In this document: one piece after another, positions 9,855 through 19,068 of the stretch
Position numbering within the stretch: position 1 is the stretch's first letter
Layout: every line of letters starts with the position of its first letter
NCBI GenBank assembly: GCA_002410925.1
Contig: DHPR01000013.1
Coordinates: forward strand, 1-64,000
Length of the DNA: 64,000 nt
DNA from: a bacterium UBP13_UBA5359
Lineage (GTDB): Bacteria > UBP13 > UBA5359
Direction: 5' to 3'
Translations under genes and position numbers: made by a program
The notes under the pieces: generated by a model
Databases searched by the model: none
What the model was told of the DNA's origin: nothing
The model's input: the letters and a program-made list of their open reading frames with translations, nothing else

Positions 9855-11621
9855 GTGAAGAAGCTTCTATCAGGCAATGAGGCTATTGCTCGTGGAGCCT
9901 GGGAGGGTGGAGCGAGAGTGGCCTCGGCCTATCCAGGAACCCCCAGTACCGAGATTATGGAGAAGATTGCAACCTATCCGGAGATTTACTCGGAATGGGC
10001 GCCAAACGAAAAAGTTGCTATGGAAGTAGCGCTGGGAGGTTCCTTTGGCGGAGTCAGAGCGCTGGTCTCCATGAAGCATGTAGGTCTTAACGTAGCCGCG
10101 GATCCCCTCTTCACCGCCGCTTATACCGGCGTTAACGGAGGCCTGGTGATTATAACCGCCGATGATCCCGGCATGCACAGTTCCCAGAATGAACAGGACA
10201 ACCGGCATTATGCCAGAGCAGCTAAAGTGCCTATGCTGGATCCCTCTGACAGCGCTGAAGCCAGAGAGTTTACCATGGCTGCCTTGGATGCAAGCGAGAA
10301 TTTTGATACACCCGTGCTGTTGCGCACCACCACCCGTATTTCTCATGGAAAATCTGTGGTGAAGACGGCAGAGCCATTGCCGCTGCGCCAGCCCGGTTTT
10401 CAGCCGAATAAAGCTAAATATGTCATGATACCTGCCTATGGCAAACGCCGCCATCTGGCGGTAGAGGAGCGTTTGAAGCGCCTGGCAGAGTTTGCCGAGG
10501 CTACAGCACTCAATAGAACGGAGTGGGCTGACACCTCCATTGGTATTATCACTTCCGGCATAGCCTATCAGTATGTCAAAGAGGTCGCTCCTCATGCATC
10601 AGTGCTGAAGCTGGGCCTTATCTGGCCATTGCCGGCTGCTATGATCAAAGAGTTTGCAGCCGGGGTAGATCGTCTTTATGTGGTGGAGGAACTTGATCCT
10701 TTTCTTGAAGAACAGATCAAGGCATTGGGGATATCCCTGACAGGCAAAGAAGCCTTCCCTGTTACCGGTGAGCTGAACCCCGAGCTGGTCAGAAAAGGGC
10801 TGAGGCTGGGCGAAACTGAAACTGGAAGCGCCGAAGCAGAGATGGTCAAGGCCATCGATTTACCGATGCGAGCGCCCGCTATGTGCTCCGGCTGTCCGCA
10901 CAGAGGCCTCTTTTATACTTTGAAAAAGCTCAAGTTGGTAGTTGCAGGCGATATCGGCTGCTATACTCTGGCTGTAGGCAAGCCATTGGAGGCTATTGAC
11001 ACCTGTGTTTGTATGGGAGCCAGTATCGGCGGCGCTATGGGCATGGAGAGGGCCGGAGTGGAAGGCGTTATAAGCGTCCTTGGAGATTCCACTTTTATCC
11101 ATTCCGGTATAACAGGTCTGATAAATATGGTCTATAACGGCAGCCATGGCACAGTAGTGGTGCTGGATAATCGTATTACCGCTATGACAGGACGCCAACA
11201 GAATGCAGCCAGCGGCAAGCGAATATCTGGCGATGAGGCGCCTGCTTTGGATATACCGCAGCTTTGCCGAGCCCTGGGCGTCAATGACATTCATGTGGTG
11301 GATCCCTATGATTTGCAGGCTGTGGAGAAGGCCGTTCGGGCTGCTGTGGATCATCCAGGCGTTTCTGTAGTGATCACCCGGCGTCCCTGTCTGTTGATAG
11401 ATAAAAAGGCACGCCGTCAGCCCGTTCGTCTGGACAACGAAGCCTGCCGAGGCTGTGGACTCTGCCTGAAACTCGGTTGTCCCGCTATAGAAAAGGTTCC
11501 CGGCGAGGGATGCAAAACCGGTATCAGAATCAATGAGACTCTCTGTATCGGTTGTGGTCTTTGCAATCAGATCTGCCCCAGTCGGGCTATAACGGTAGAG
11601 CGGGAGGAGAAGCGGTTATGA
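9855..11621 (+). CDS. iorA: Indolepyruvate:ferredoxin oxidoreductase alpha subunit
   Basis: GNEAIARG, YPGTPSTE, NEKVAME, MKHVGLNVAAD, CSGCPHR, GDIGCY, C-terminal 2x[4Fe-4S] motifs. Confidence 0.95.
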   Translation: MKKLLSGNEAIARGAWEGGARVASAYPGTPSTEIMEKIATYPEIYSEWAPNEKVAMEVALGGSFGGVRALVSMKHVGLNVAADPLFTAAYTGVNGGLVIITADDPGMHSSQNEQDNRHYARAAKVPMLDPSDSAEAREFTMAALDASENFDTPVLLRTTTRISHGKSVVKTAEPLPLRQPGFQPNKAKYVMIPAYGKRRHLAVEERLKRLAEFAEATALNRTEWADTSIGIITSGIAYQYVKEVAPHASVLKLGLIWPLPAAMIKEFAAGVDRLYVVEELDPFLEEQIKALGISLTGKEAFPVTGELNPELVRKGLRLGETETGSAEAEMVKAIDLPMRAPAMCSGCPHRGLFYTLKKLKLVVAGDIGCYTLAVGKPLEAIDTCVCMGASIGGAMGMERAGVEGVISVLGDSTFIHSGITGLINMVYNGSHGTVVVLDNRITAMTGRQQNAASGKRISGDEAPALDIPQLCRALGVNDIHVVDPYDLQAVEKAVRAAVDHPGVSVVITRRPCLLIDKKARRQPVRLDNEACRGCGLCLKLGCPAIEKVPGEGCKTGIRINETLCIGCGLCNQICPSRAITVEREEKRL

Positions 11622-12208
11622 GTAAGGTTAGCAACATTACATTTGCAGGCGTAGGCGGACAAGGCATTCTGCTGGCCTCCGATATGACTGCCAACGTGTT
11701 GATCTCAGCCGGTTATGACGTTAAGCAGAGTGAAATACATGGTATGTCCCAGCGAGGCGGCAGTGTTGTCAGCGATTTACGCTTTGGTCGGAAGGTTTAT
11801 TCACCGCTTATTCCTAAAGGAGAAACGGATATATTGATAGCCTTTGAGCGCTTGGAGGGGTTGCGCTCTATACCTCTGCTGCGTCCGGGCGGCATAGCAG
11901 TGGTCAGCGATGAAATCATTCTACCCGTGGGCTGTTCCGCCACGGATTATCCGGCAGATGCTCTGGAGCGTATAGCCGCCGAAGCCGGCGAGGCCATAAT
12001 AGTGAATGCAACCGAAACGGCAGTTAGGGCTGGAAACGCACGGGCGGCCAACATGGTGCTAATGGGTATTCTCTCCTGCTTGCTGCAGGTGAAAGAGAAT
12101 ATCTGGCTGTCCGCCATCCGTGAACGTTTCAACGGTAAGATATTTGAAATCAACGAAAAGGCCTTTAACCTGGGGCGAGAACATCAGGTTATGGCTGTGA
12201 CGAGGTGA
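11618..12208 (+). CDS. iorB: Indolepyruvate:ferredoxin oxidoreductase beta subunit
   Basis: GVGGQG, SEIHGMSQRGGSV; ATG 11618 overlaps the iorA stop (ATGA). Confidence 0.93.
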   Translation: MSKVSNITFAGVGGQGILLASDMTANVLISAGYDVKQSEIHGMSQRGGSVVSDLRFGRKVYSPLIPKGETDILIAFERLEGLRSIPLLRPGGIAVVSDEIILPVGCSATDYPADALERIAAEAGEAIIVNATETAVRAGNARAANMVLMGILSCLLQVKENIWLSAIRERFNGKIFEINEKAFNLGREHQVMAVTR

Positions 12209-12212
12209 AAGC

Positions 12213-12629
12213 ATGCATACCAGAGAACTCTCCGTATTCGTAGAAAATAAGGCCGGCCGGCTGGCGGTGTTGACGAAATTGTTGGGCCAGGCCGGAATAA
12301 ATATTCGCGGTTTCTCTGTGGCTGACATGTCCGATTACGGTATAGTCCGTCTCATAGTGGACAAGCCCGACGAGGCTGCTGCTCTGCTGCGTGACCGCAG
12401 TTTTATTGTTCGTGAGAGCAATTTGATATGTATACGTGTTCCCGATCAGCCGGGCGGATTGAGTTCCATACTCAACATGCTCTCCGCATCGGATATAAAC
12501 GTGGAATATATGTATGCTATCGTGGATACCCTGATAGTCTTCAACGTAGAGAACCCTGATCAGGCAGAAAGCCTGCTGCTGGAGAGCGGGGTGAAAGTGG
12601 TCTCCGGACCCGAGGTATACTCACTGTAA
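12213..12629 (+). CDS. Tandem ACT-domain protein (paaK/ior-associated)
   Basis: LSVFVENKAGRL...GIVRLIVD...PDQPGGL...INVEYMYA. Confidence 0.9.
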   Translation: MHTRELSVFVENKAGRLAVLTKLLGQAGINIRGFSVADMSDYGIVRLIVDKPDEAAALLRDRSFIVRESNLICIRVPDQPGGLSSILNMLSASDINVEYMYAIVDTLIVFNVENPDQAESLLLESGVKVVSGPEVYSL

Positions 12630-12642
12630 AGGGAGGCAGAAC

Positions 12643-14118
12643 GTGAAAATAGCCATTATCCTGATCTATGCCATAGGAATGCTGGCAATAGGCTTTATCG
12701 GCCGCAACAAATCTAAAAGTACCAAGGAGTTCTTTCTCTGCGATCGCAATGTGGGGCCCTGGGTATCGGCTTTTGCCTATGGCACCGCTTATTTCTCCGC
12801 GGTGCTCTTTATCGGTTACGCCGGCAAGCAGGGCTGGGGCTACGGTATCCATACCATGTGGATAGTTATAGGCAATGCCATGCTGGGAAGCTGGCTCGCC
12901 TGGAAGCTGCTGGCTGCCAGAACTCGCGATATGACTATCCGCTTGGGAGCCATTACTATGCCGGAGTTTCTGGAAGGCCGATATGGCAGCCGGACGCTCA
13001 AAATATTGGCTGCAACGATCATCTTCATCTTTCTGGTTCCATATACGGCTGCTGTTTATATGGGGCTGAGTTACCTCTTTGAAATGACCTTGCAAATACA
13101 ATATATCCATGCTCTGATCTTTATGGCCGCTTTGACCGGCTGCTATCTGATAATGGGCGGCTATTATGCCCTTACTCTGACGGATTTCGTTCAGGGGCTG
13201 GTGATGCTGATAGGCGTAATTGTCATGGTTACCGCTTTGGTGGGGCAACAGGGAGGGCTTATACATGCCACTCAGAGCCTGATGAACCCTGAGTTTGCGC
13301 CCGGGCTTAAGGAAGCCGGAGCTATTCCCGGCTGGTTGACGCTATTATCGCTGGTATTTGTTACCAGTTTCGGCCCGTGGGGCATGCCCCAGATGGTGCA
13401 GAAATTCTATGCTATTAAAAGCCGTGACGCCATCAAGCCCGCCACTATAGTAGTTACGTTGTTTTCTCTGATAATTGCTTTTGGCGCTTACTATACCGGA
13501 GCATTGACCCATCTCTTTTACGCTGTTCCTCCGGCCAATCTTGATAATCTGATGCCCCTATTTCTAACTCAATTTGCACCGCCCTGGATCACTCTGCTGA
13601 TAATGATGCTGGTCCTGGCAGCCTCGATGTCCACGCTTTCATCGCTGGTTCTGGTTTCAGCTTCGGCTGTGGCCGTCGATATTTACGCCGGTAACGGCAA
13701 GCGTTCCGACAGATCTACAGTCGCCCTGATGCGGCTGCTGTGCGCCGGCTTTGTTGTTCTCTCCTGTGTGCTGGCTTTGAAGCAGCCGGCTGTTATTGCC
13801 GATCTGATGATAATCGCCTGGGGTACCGTAGCCGGCTCCTTTCTGGCACCGTATATCTACGGCCTTTTCTGGCGGCGAGCCAACACGGCCGGGGCATTTG
13901 CCGGACTTATTACCGGTCTTTTTACCTCCGTCTTTCTCTATATCAAGCTGGGCAAGCCCGGCATACCGTTGGCGGGAACTATAGCCATTCTCTTACCCTT
14001 GGCGGTTATGCCTTTGGTAACAATATTGACCAGGCCGATGCCGCAGGAGCATACGGAGCGCGTTTACGGCGAAGTCGGGCAGCCGGTGGCCGAGAAGCAG
14101 GCTGTGGCCGAGGCATGA
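12643..14118 (+). CDS. Sodium:solute symporter family transporter
   Basis: About 13 TM helices; GPWVSAFAYGTAYFSAV, TMPEFLEGRY, TDFVQG, WGMPQMVQKFY, AASMSTLSS. Confidence 0.9.
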   Translation: MKIAIILIYAIGMLAIGFIGRNKSKSTKEFFLCDRNVGPWVSAFAYGTAYFSAVLFIGYAGKQGWGYGIHTMWIVIGNAMLGSWLAWKLLAARTRDMTIRLGAITMPEFLEGRYGSRTLKILAATIIFIFLVPYTAAVYMGLSYLFEMTLQIQYIHALIFMAALTGCYLIMGGYYALTLTDFVQGLVMLIGVIVMVTALVGQQGGLIHATQSLMNPEFAPGLKEAGAIPGWLTLLSLVFVTSFGPWGMPQMVQKFYAIKSRDAIKPATIVVTLFSLIIAFGAYYTGALTHLFYAVPPANLDNLMPLFLTQFAPPWITLLIMMLVLAASMSTLSSLVLVSASAVAVDIYAGNGKRSDRSTVALMRLLCAGFVVLSCVLALKQPAVIADLMIIAWGTVAGSFLAPYIYGLFWRRANTAGAFAGLITGLFTSVFLYIKLGKPGIPLAGTIAILLPLAVMPLVTILTRPMPQEHTERVYGEVGQPVAEKQAVAEA

Positions 14119-14192
14119 TGCTTCTTACAGCCGGGAAAGGAGCCGAGGCTCCCTTCCAAAATAATATTATAGAATAGAAGAAGGTAATTTCA

Positions 14193-15500
14193 GTGAAGAT
14201 GAAGATTTGGGACAGACGACGTGAATGCGCCCGTCGCGAGGAAATAGATGAATTGCAACGCCGGAATCTGGCTCACACCTTAAAATGGGCTTATGATAAT
14301 GTAGCGATGTATCGACACCGGATGGATAAAGCCGGTTTCGATCCCACTGCATTCAAGTGTCCGGATGATCTGCGCCGTTTGCCCTTTACCACCAAACAGG
14401 ATTTGCGGGATAATTATCCATTTGGGCTTTTTGCCGTTCCCAAGGATAAGCTGGTACGCATCCACTCTTCCTCCGGTACCACAGGCAAGCCGACCGTGGT
14501 TGGCTATACCAGGCGTGACCTTAGAACATGGTCCGAACTGGTAGCCAGAATGGTTACTGCTGCCGGAGTTACCCATCGTGATACCATTCAGATATCGTTC
14601 GGTTATGGACTCTTTACCGGTGGTTTCGGGCTGCATTATGGAATGGAGCGGGTGGGCGCATCCGTCGTTCCGGTTTCCAGCGGCAACACTCAGCGCCAAT
14701 TGATGATTATGCAGGATTTCGGCACTACCGCTTTAGTGAGCACTCCTTCTTACGCTATGTATATGGCCGAAACTCTGGCCGAAGCCGGTATAGATCCTGC
14801 CGGTCTCGAACTGCGTTACGGCCTTTTTGGATCCGAACCCTGGTCAGAGGAAATGCGAACCGAGTTGGAGCACAAATGGAATATTACCGCCACCGATAAC
14901 TATGGCTTAAGCGAAATCATGGGGCCCGGCGTCTCCGGTGAATGTCTGCTAAAGCAGGGTATGCATCTGGCCGAGGACCATTTTTTCTTTGAAATCATCG
15001 ATCCCAAAACCGAAGAGCCTTTGCCGGCAGGTGAAGAGGGAGAATTGGTTATAACTACCCTTACCAAAGAAGCCTTACCTGTTATTCGCTACCGCACCCG
15101 CGACATTACCCGAATAATTACTGACCCCTGCCCCTGCGGACGCACGCTATATCGTATGACCAGAGTTGTGGGGCGTACCGACGATATGCTTATCATTCGC
15201 GGCGTTAACGTTTTCCCCTCGCAGGTGGAGAGCGTGCTGCTGGAGATAGAAGGCACTCAGCCGCACTATCAGCTGGTAGTGGACAGGCAGGGGCAACTGG
15301 ATACCCTGGAAGTTTGGGTGGAGGTATCCGATAATCTCTTCTTCAATGAGATGAAGCGGATGCATGAACTGAGTGAGACCATACGTTCTCGCATAGAGAG
15401 TGTACTCGGCTTGAACGTCAAGATCAAGCTGGTGGAGCCCAGGAGCCTGGCTCGAAGCGAAGGCAAGGCCAAACGCGTTCTGGATATGCGGAAGAAGTAG
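14193..15500 (+). CDS. paaK: Phenylacetate--CoA ligase
   Basis: [58 protein letters not shown]. Confidence 0.93.
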   Translation: MKMKIWDRRRECARREEIDELQRRNLAHTLKWAYDNVAMYRHRMDKAGFDPTAFKCPDDLRRLPFTTKQDLRDNYPFGLFAVPKDKLVRIHSSSGTTGKPTVVGYTRRDLRTWSELVARMVTAAGVTHRDTIQISFGYGLFTGGFGLHYGMERVGASVVPVSSGNTQRQLMIMQDFGTTALVSTPSYAMYMAETLAEAGIDPAGLELRYGLFGSEPWSEEMRTELEHKWNITATDNYGLSEIMGPGVSGECLLKQGMHLAEDHFFFEIIDPKTEEPLPAGEEGELVITTLTKEALPVIRYRTRDITRIITDPCPCGRTLYRMTRVVGRTDDMLIIRGVNVFPSQVESVLLEIEGTQPHYQLVVDRQGQLDTLEVWVEVSDNLFFNEMKRMHELSETIRSRIESVLGLNVKIKLVEPRSLARSEGKAKRVLDMRKK

Positions 15501-15625
15501 GCAGGCACTCTCTCATAGCTTGATACTAGAAGCCTGTCTTTCACAAGAAGCTTAAATTGCCGGCTGCGAGAAGGCGCTGAGGAGCCCAAATCGTTAAACC
15601 TGCGGCTCAGTGAAGGAACTATTGC

Positions 15626-16471
15626 ATGAGAGAAGAGAGAGAGAACAGAAAAAAAGCAGAGATCCATCCTCACAATAGACTCAATGATCTGGACGGTGCG
15701 GCATGGCTCTTCTTTACTAAATCTGTCATATCCACCGCTTATAACAGTACCTACGGACATAAACTGCGCCGCCGTCACGGCGCCAACAAGCCCCCTCAGC
15801 TTATGCGTGAATTGATAGAATTCTTTACCAAGCCCGGCGAATCTATCTTGGATCCCTTTGCCGGTGTGGGAGGAACCCTTATAGGTGCCTCCATCTGCCG
15901 GCCTCTTCGTCGTGCTATAGGCATAGAGATCAACCCGGAATGGCTGGATATCTACCATCGCGTCTGTGAGCAAGAAGAACTGGTGGAGCAAGAGACCATC
16001 TGTGATGATTGCCGCATTGCCATGGCCGCTATGCCCGATGAGAGCTTCGATTTTATTGCCACCGATCCTCCTTACAGCATCCATCTTCCAAAAACCATGT
16101 GCCATCGTAATTTCGAGTGGGCTACCCGCCGCTCCGATTACAACATGCGTTCTGAGGAGGAGGGAGACCTGGCCAATCTGAAGAGCTATAGCGACTTTCT
16201 GAAGGCCATGAGCGAAATGCTGGCACACTGCCGCCGTCTGCTGCGATGCGGCCGTTATATGGCCCTGATAGTACGCAACAGCTATCAGGATGGACGCTAC
16301 ATCATGGTGCATGCCGATCTGGCTGCCCGGGCTGCAGAGGCCGGGTTGATTCTCAAAGGAGAGAAGGTTTGGTATCAGGCCGGATCCAAGCTTCGTCCCT
16401 ACGGTTATCCCCACGTCTACGTTCCCAATATAGCTCATCAGCATATTCTGATTCTGCGCCGGGAAGATTGA
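15626..16471 (+). CDS. Orphan amino-(N6A/N4C) DNA methyltransferase
   Basis: HGANKPP (motif X-like), LDPFAGVGGT (motif I), GIEIN (II), TDPPY (IV), HQHILILR. Confidence 0.8.
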   Translation: MREERENRKKAEIHPHNRLNDLDGAAWLFFTKSVISTAYNSTYGHKLRRRHGANKPPQLMRELIEFFTKPGESILDPFAGVGGTLIGASICRPLRRAIGIEINPEWLDIYHRVCEQEELVEQETICDDCRIAMAAMPDESFDFIATDPPYSIHLPKTMCHRNFEWATRRSDYNMRSEEEGDLANLKSYSDFLKAMSEMLAHCRRLLRCGRYMALIVRNSYQDGRYIMVHADLAARAAEAGLILKGEKVWYQAGSKLRPYGYPHVYVPNIAHQHILILRRED

Positions 16472-16497
16472 CATAAGCCCATTCTCTTTGATAGAAT
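16468..16497 (+). promoter_or_regulatory. SigA-type promoter of tRNA-Thr
   Basis: TTGACA-18 nt-TAGAAT with TG extension. Confidence 0.55.
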
Positions 16498-16528
16498 CAT
16501 AATGCTTAAAACATATTTTCCACAGCGG

Positions 16529-16604
16529 GCCGACGTAGCTCAATTGGCAGAGCAGCTGATTTGTAATCAGCAGGTTGCGGGTTCAAGTCCCATCGTCGGC
16601 TCCA
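16529..16604 (+). tRNA. tRNA-Thr (anticodon UGU)
   Basis: 76 nt: GCCGACG acceptor stem, D-arm GCTC..GAGC, anticodon stem GCTGA/TCAGC with loop TTTGTAA, GGTTCAAGTCC T-arm, encoded CCA. Confidence 0.97.
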
Positions 16605-16623
16605 TTTTTTTGCTCTTTTTATG

Positions 16624-16656
16624 CGGGTTTCGGGGTTTTCCCGGAACCTGTTTTTT
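16624..16656 (+). terminator. Intrinsic terminator after tRNA-Thr
   Basis: CGGGTTTCGGG / CCCGGAACCTG stem followed by TTTTTT. Confidence 0.75.
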
Positions 16657-16740
16657 ATTACGGGAGCAACGGCGGAAGCAAATAGGCGCTTTTGCTGTAG
16701 GGCAGCAAGCGCCGACAGCCACAGCAATGCCGGAAGATGA

Positions 16741-16769
16741 TTGACAAATCTTTATCTGAAGACTAAACT
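16741..16769 (+). promoter_or_regulatory. SigA-type promoter, implying a near-leaderless mRNA for the GHMP kinase
   Basis: TTGACA-17 nt-TAAACT ending 9 nt before ATG 16779; no SD present. Confidence 0.5.
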
Positions 16770-16778
16770 GACTGATAT

Positions 16779-18668
16779 ATGAGCGAATACCTGGATTTAA
16801 ATATAAAAGCATTGCCGGCAAGCGAGTTAATACGTATTCTGGAGAGCGGTAATCCGAAACTGGACCAATATCTCTGTGATCAAGTCTATGCCAGCTCCAG
16901 CCGCGAATATCTGAGCCGCCAGAGAGCGCGTTTAGCAGAAACGGTAAAGTTTCATCTGCGCCGGGTAGGGGACAAGCCTACCTGGTTGCTCAGAGTTCCT
17001 GGTAGACTGAATGCCTTTCTGGAGTATCTGGATATGTGCGCCGGAGACCATATGTCGACAACCATAGATGGTGATATCCCGGCAGCTCTCTCTCCGCGGG
17101 AAGATGATATTATCAGTGCAGCCAATATCAATCCACTCTTTCCGCCAGAGGATATATCCATCGGTGCCGAATTCGAGCGTTTTACCGCTGAGCCGCTGGA
17201 GAAGCATTCGCCTGGTATGGAGGATACCTGGGATAACAGAACTAAAATCCTGCCTTATTTTGGAAGACGCAAGGGCAATTGGCTTAATTACGTTCTCAGC
17301 CCTTATCTTAGAACCATGTGGGCTCAGCCCGGGGAGCCGCTCAGAGGAGGGGATATCTCCTTCGGCACGGCGACTCTACCCTTTCGGGCAGGAGTCAGCT
17401 CCTCCTCAGCCATTGTAGTCTTGTCATTTCTAGCGCTATCTATCTGCAATCGCCGGCGTATGGCACAGCTTACCCTGACCGACGCCTGCAAGTTACTGGG
17501 CGAGGCGGAATGGTATGTGGGCACCCATGGCGGAGCCAACGATCAGACCACTATTCTCTGTAACCGTCCCAACAGCGTCCTTTACAATCGCCATTCACGC
17601 GAACAGCTGGAATCCACACCCTTGCCCTTTCTTAACGGTGTCCACGTAGTGCTGGCTAATTCTCTATGGGAAGTCAACAAATCGTTGAACGGCAATCAAA
17701 GCTTCAATATGCGCAAAGGATGGATGGAGATTGGAGATGAAGTTCTACGCCTCATTATTGCCGCTGTTACCGAAGCTATTGCCGCCGGCAAGGCATCCGG
17801 TAGCGGCTGGGTATCATCCGTTTTAAAAGAGAAGCTGGGGTTCGATTTTGTACCCGAACTACCGCTTTTGGAAGATAATCCCGAGCTCTGGGAGAAGATC
17901 AAGGCCAATTACAGAAAATTCGGCAGCCTTGAAGAGAGCATTTTAGGGATACCCGGTAAAGCTGTCAATGAGCTTATCATGACTTTACCGGTAAAGGTTA
18001 CCGTGGACGATGCCGCCAGGTTGCTTGGCAAAGAGCGGGACATTATCGAGAAGTTATATACTCGTCCCAGGCGGGTTATCGGCGGTTATCATATCCGTAC
18101 CACCGCTAGATTCTTTCATAGAGAAAACATTATCGGCAGGAATCTGGAGCGTATATTTCTGGAAGCGGAAGAGAGGGTAACATCCGGTGAAATCTCCGTC
18201 GATTCTCAGGAGTACGACGCCTATCGCAGGCAGGTCGGTGGTATGATCGATCATTTACAGCATACTCTCTGTTTTGATTTTCGTGTTTCTAACAGCCAGT
18301 TGGATAGATTGCTGAGCATTGCTCGTCGGTGCCCCGGTTATCTGGGCGGCAAACTTACCGGCGCCGGTAAGGGCGGCTGCGTTTCTATTCTGGTAAGGGA
18401 AGCCGAATCGGAAACAATGTGCCGTTATCTGGATCGTGAATATTACGGTAAGCCGGCTAATTTTGAAGAATATCGCCAAATACTGGAGGATTCACTGCGT
18501 TACTTTCATGATGACGACTTTGAGCGCTCCTCTGCTGAAGAGCGCTTACGCAACCTTGAAAAGGCATTGCAGTCCATAGAGGATCAACGGCGTGTTGTTA
18601 CCTTTAGCCGCGGTGCTTCCATTCTTGACCTGCAAAAAGCAGATAATATATCCCTTCCGCAGCTATAA
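16779..18668 (+). CDS. GHMP kinase superfamily protein (galactokinase-like, divergent, enlarged)
   Basis: PGRLNAFLEYLD (cf. GalK PGRVNLIGEHTD), PFRAGVSSSSA (P-loop), GGANDQ (cf. CGIMDQ), GGKLTGAGKGGC (cf. GARMTGAGFGGC). Confidence 0.8.
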   Translation: MSEYLDLNIKALPASELIRILESGNPKLDQYLCDQVYASSSREYLSRQRARLAETVKFHLRRVGDKPTWLLRVPGRLNAFLEYLDMCAGDHMSTTIDGDIPAALSPREDDIISAANINPLFPPEDISIGAEFERFTAEPLEKHSPGMEDTWDNRTKILPYFGRRKGNWLNYVLSPYLRTMWAQPGEPLRGGDISFGTATLPFRAGVSSSSAIVVLSFLALSICNRRRMAQLTLTDACKLLGEAEWYVGTHGGANDQTTILCNRPNSVLYNRHSREQLESTPLPFLNGVHVVLANSLWEVNKSLNGNQSFNMRKGWMEIGDEVLRLIIAAVTEAIAAGKASGSGWVSSVLKEKLGFDFVPELPLLEDNPELWEKIKANYRKFGSLEESILGIPGKAVNELIMTLPVKVTVDDAARLLGKERDIIEKLYTRPRRVIGGYHIRTTARFFHRENIIGRNLERIFLEAEERVTSGEISVDSQEYDAYRRQVGGMIDHLQHTLCFDFRVSNSQLDRLLSIARRCPGYLGGKLTGAGKGGCVSILVREAESETMCRYLDREYYGKPANFEEYRQILEDSLRYFHDDDFERSSAEERLRNLEKALQSIEDQRRVVTFSRGASILDLQKADNISLPQL

Positions 18669-18843
18669 CCGGCGTCTCTATAACGATAATTCGCCAGGGA
18701 AGAAGTACGGCCAGGCCGAAGCATGATAGAATACCCAGAGCAGCCCATATTCCGGCACCTACGATAGCCCCCAAGCCTATGCCGACGGCATCAATCAAAT
18801 TGAGAGTTCACTTCGAAGCGATATCGGAAGATCTTCTTTTCAC
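18604..18843 (-). pseudogene. APC-family amino-acid permease remnant (internal deletion plus stop)
   Basis: GTG 18843 reads MKRRSSDIASK*TLNLIDAVGIGLGAIVGAGIW (APC TM1 signature GxxIGAGIF), fused directly to a C-terminal-like ALGILSCFGLAVLLPW helix. Confidence 0.7.
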
Positions 18844-18921
18844 AGGATACGGAGAATCACCTTGAATTATGAATTGCTCTATGCTCTTATATCCTTTATA
18901 TCCTTCTGATTTTATTCTTCA

Positions 18922-18951
18922 GCAGGGAAAGAGGGGCACCGTGTCGAAATT
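18922..18951 (+). promoter_or_regulatory. SigH-like promoter upstream of the htrA-like gene
   Basis: GCAGGGAAA-12 nt-GTCGAAATT versus B. subtilis SigH consensus RNAGGAWWW-11/12-RNNGAATWW. Confidence 0.35.
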
Positions 18952-19068
18952 CAATCGTAACTAACCATAGAAGAGTTTTCATCCGATTGCAATAAATGTA
19001 AACGCTCAGAGCTACTCCATACAAATGGAATAGACCATGAATCTATAAAGCGGAGGGGAGAAATCAAA

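Noticed and set aside
15269-16543. 424-aa minus-strand ORF
   Set aside because: Antisense shadow of paaK and the methyltransferase, with no motifs. The same applies to 38547-39683, 29008-29889, 40756-41568 and 8038-8802.
16529-16780. Genomic island integrated at tRNA-Thr
   Set aside because: No integrase, and no duplicated tRNA 3' end was seen in the window
16502-16821. ORFs of 80, 73 and 84 aa overlapping the tRNA
   Set aside because: Shadow translations of the tRNA and its terminator
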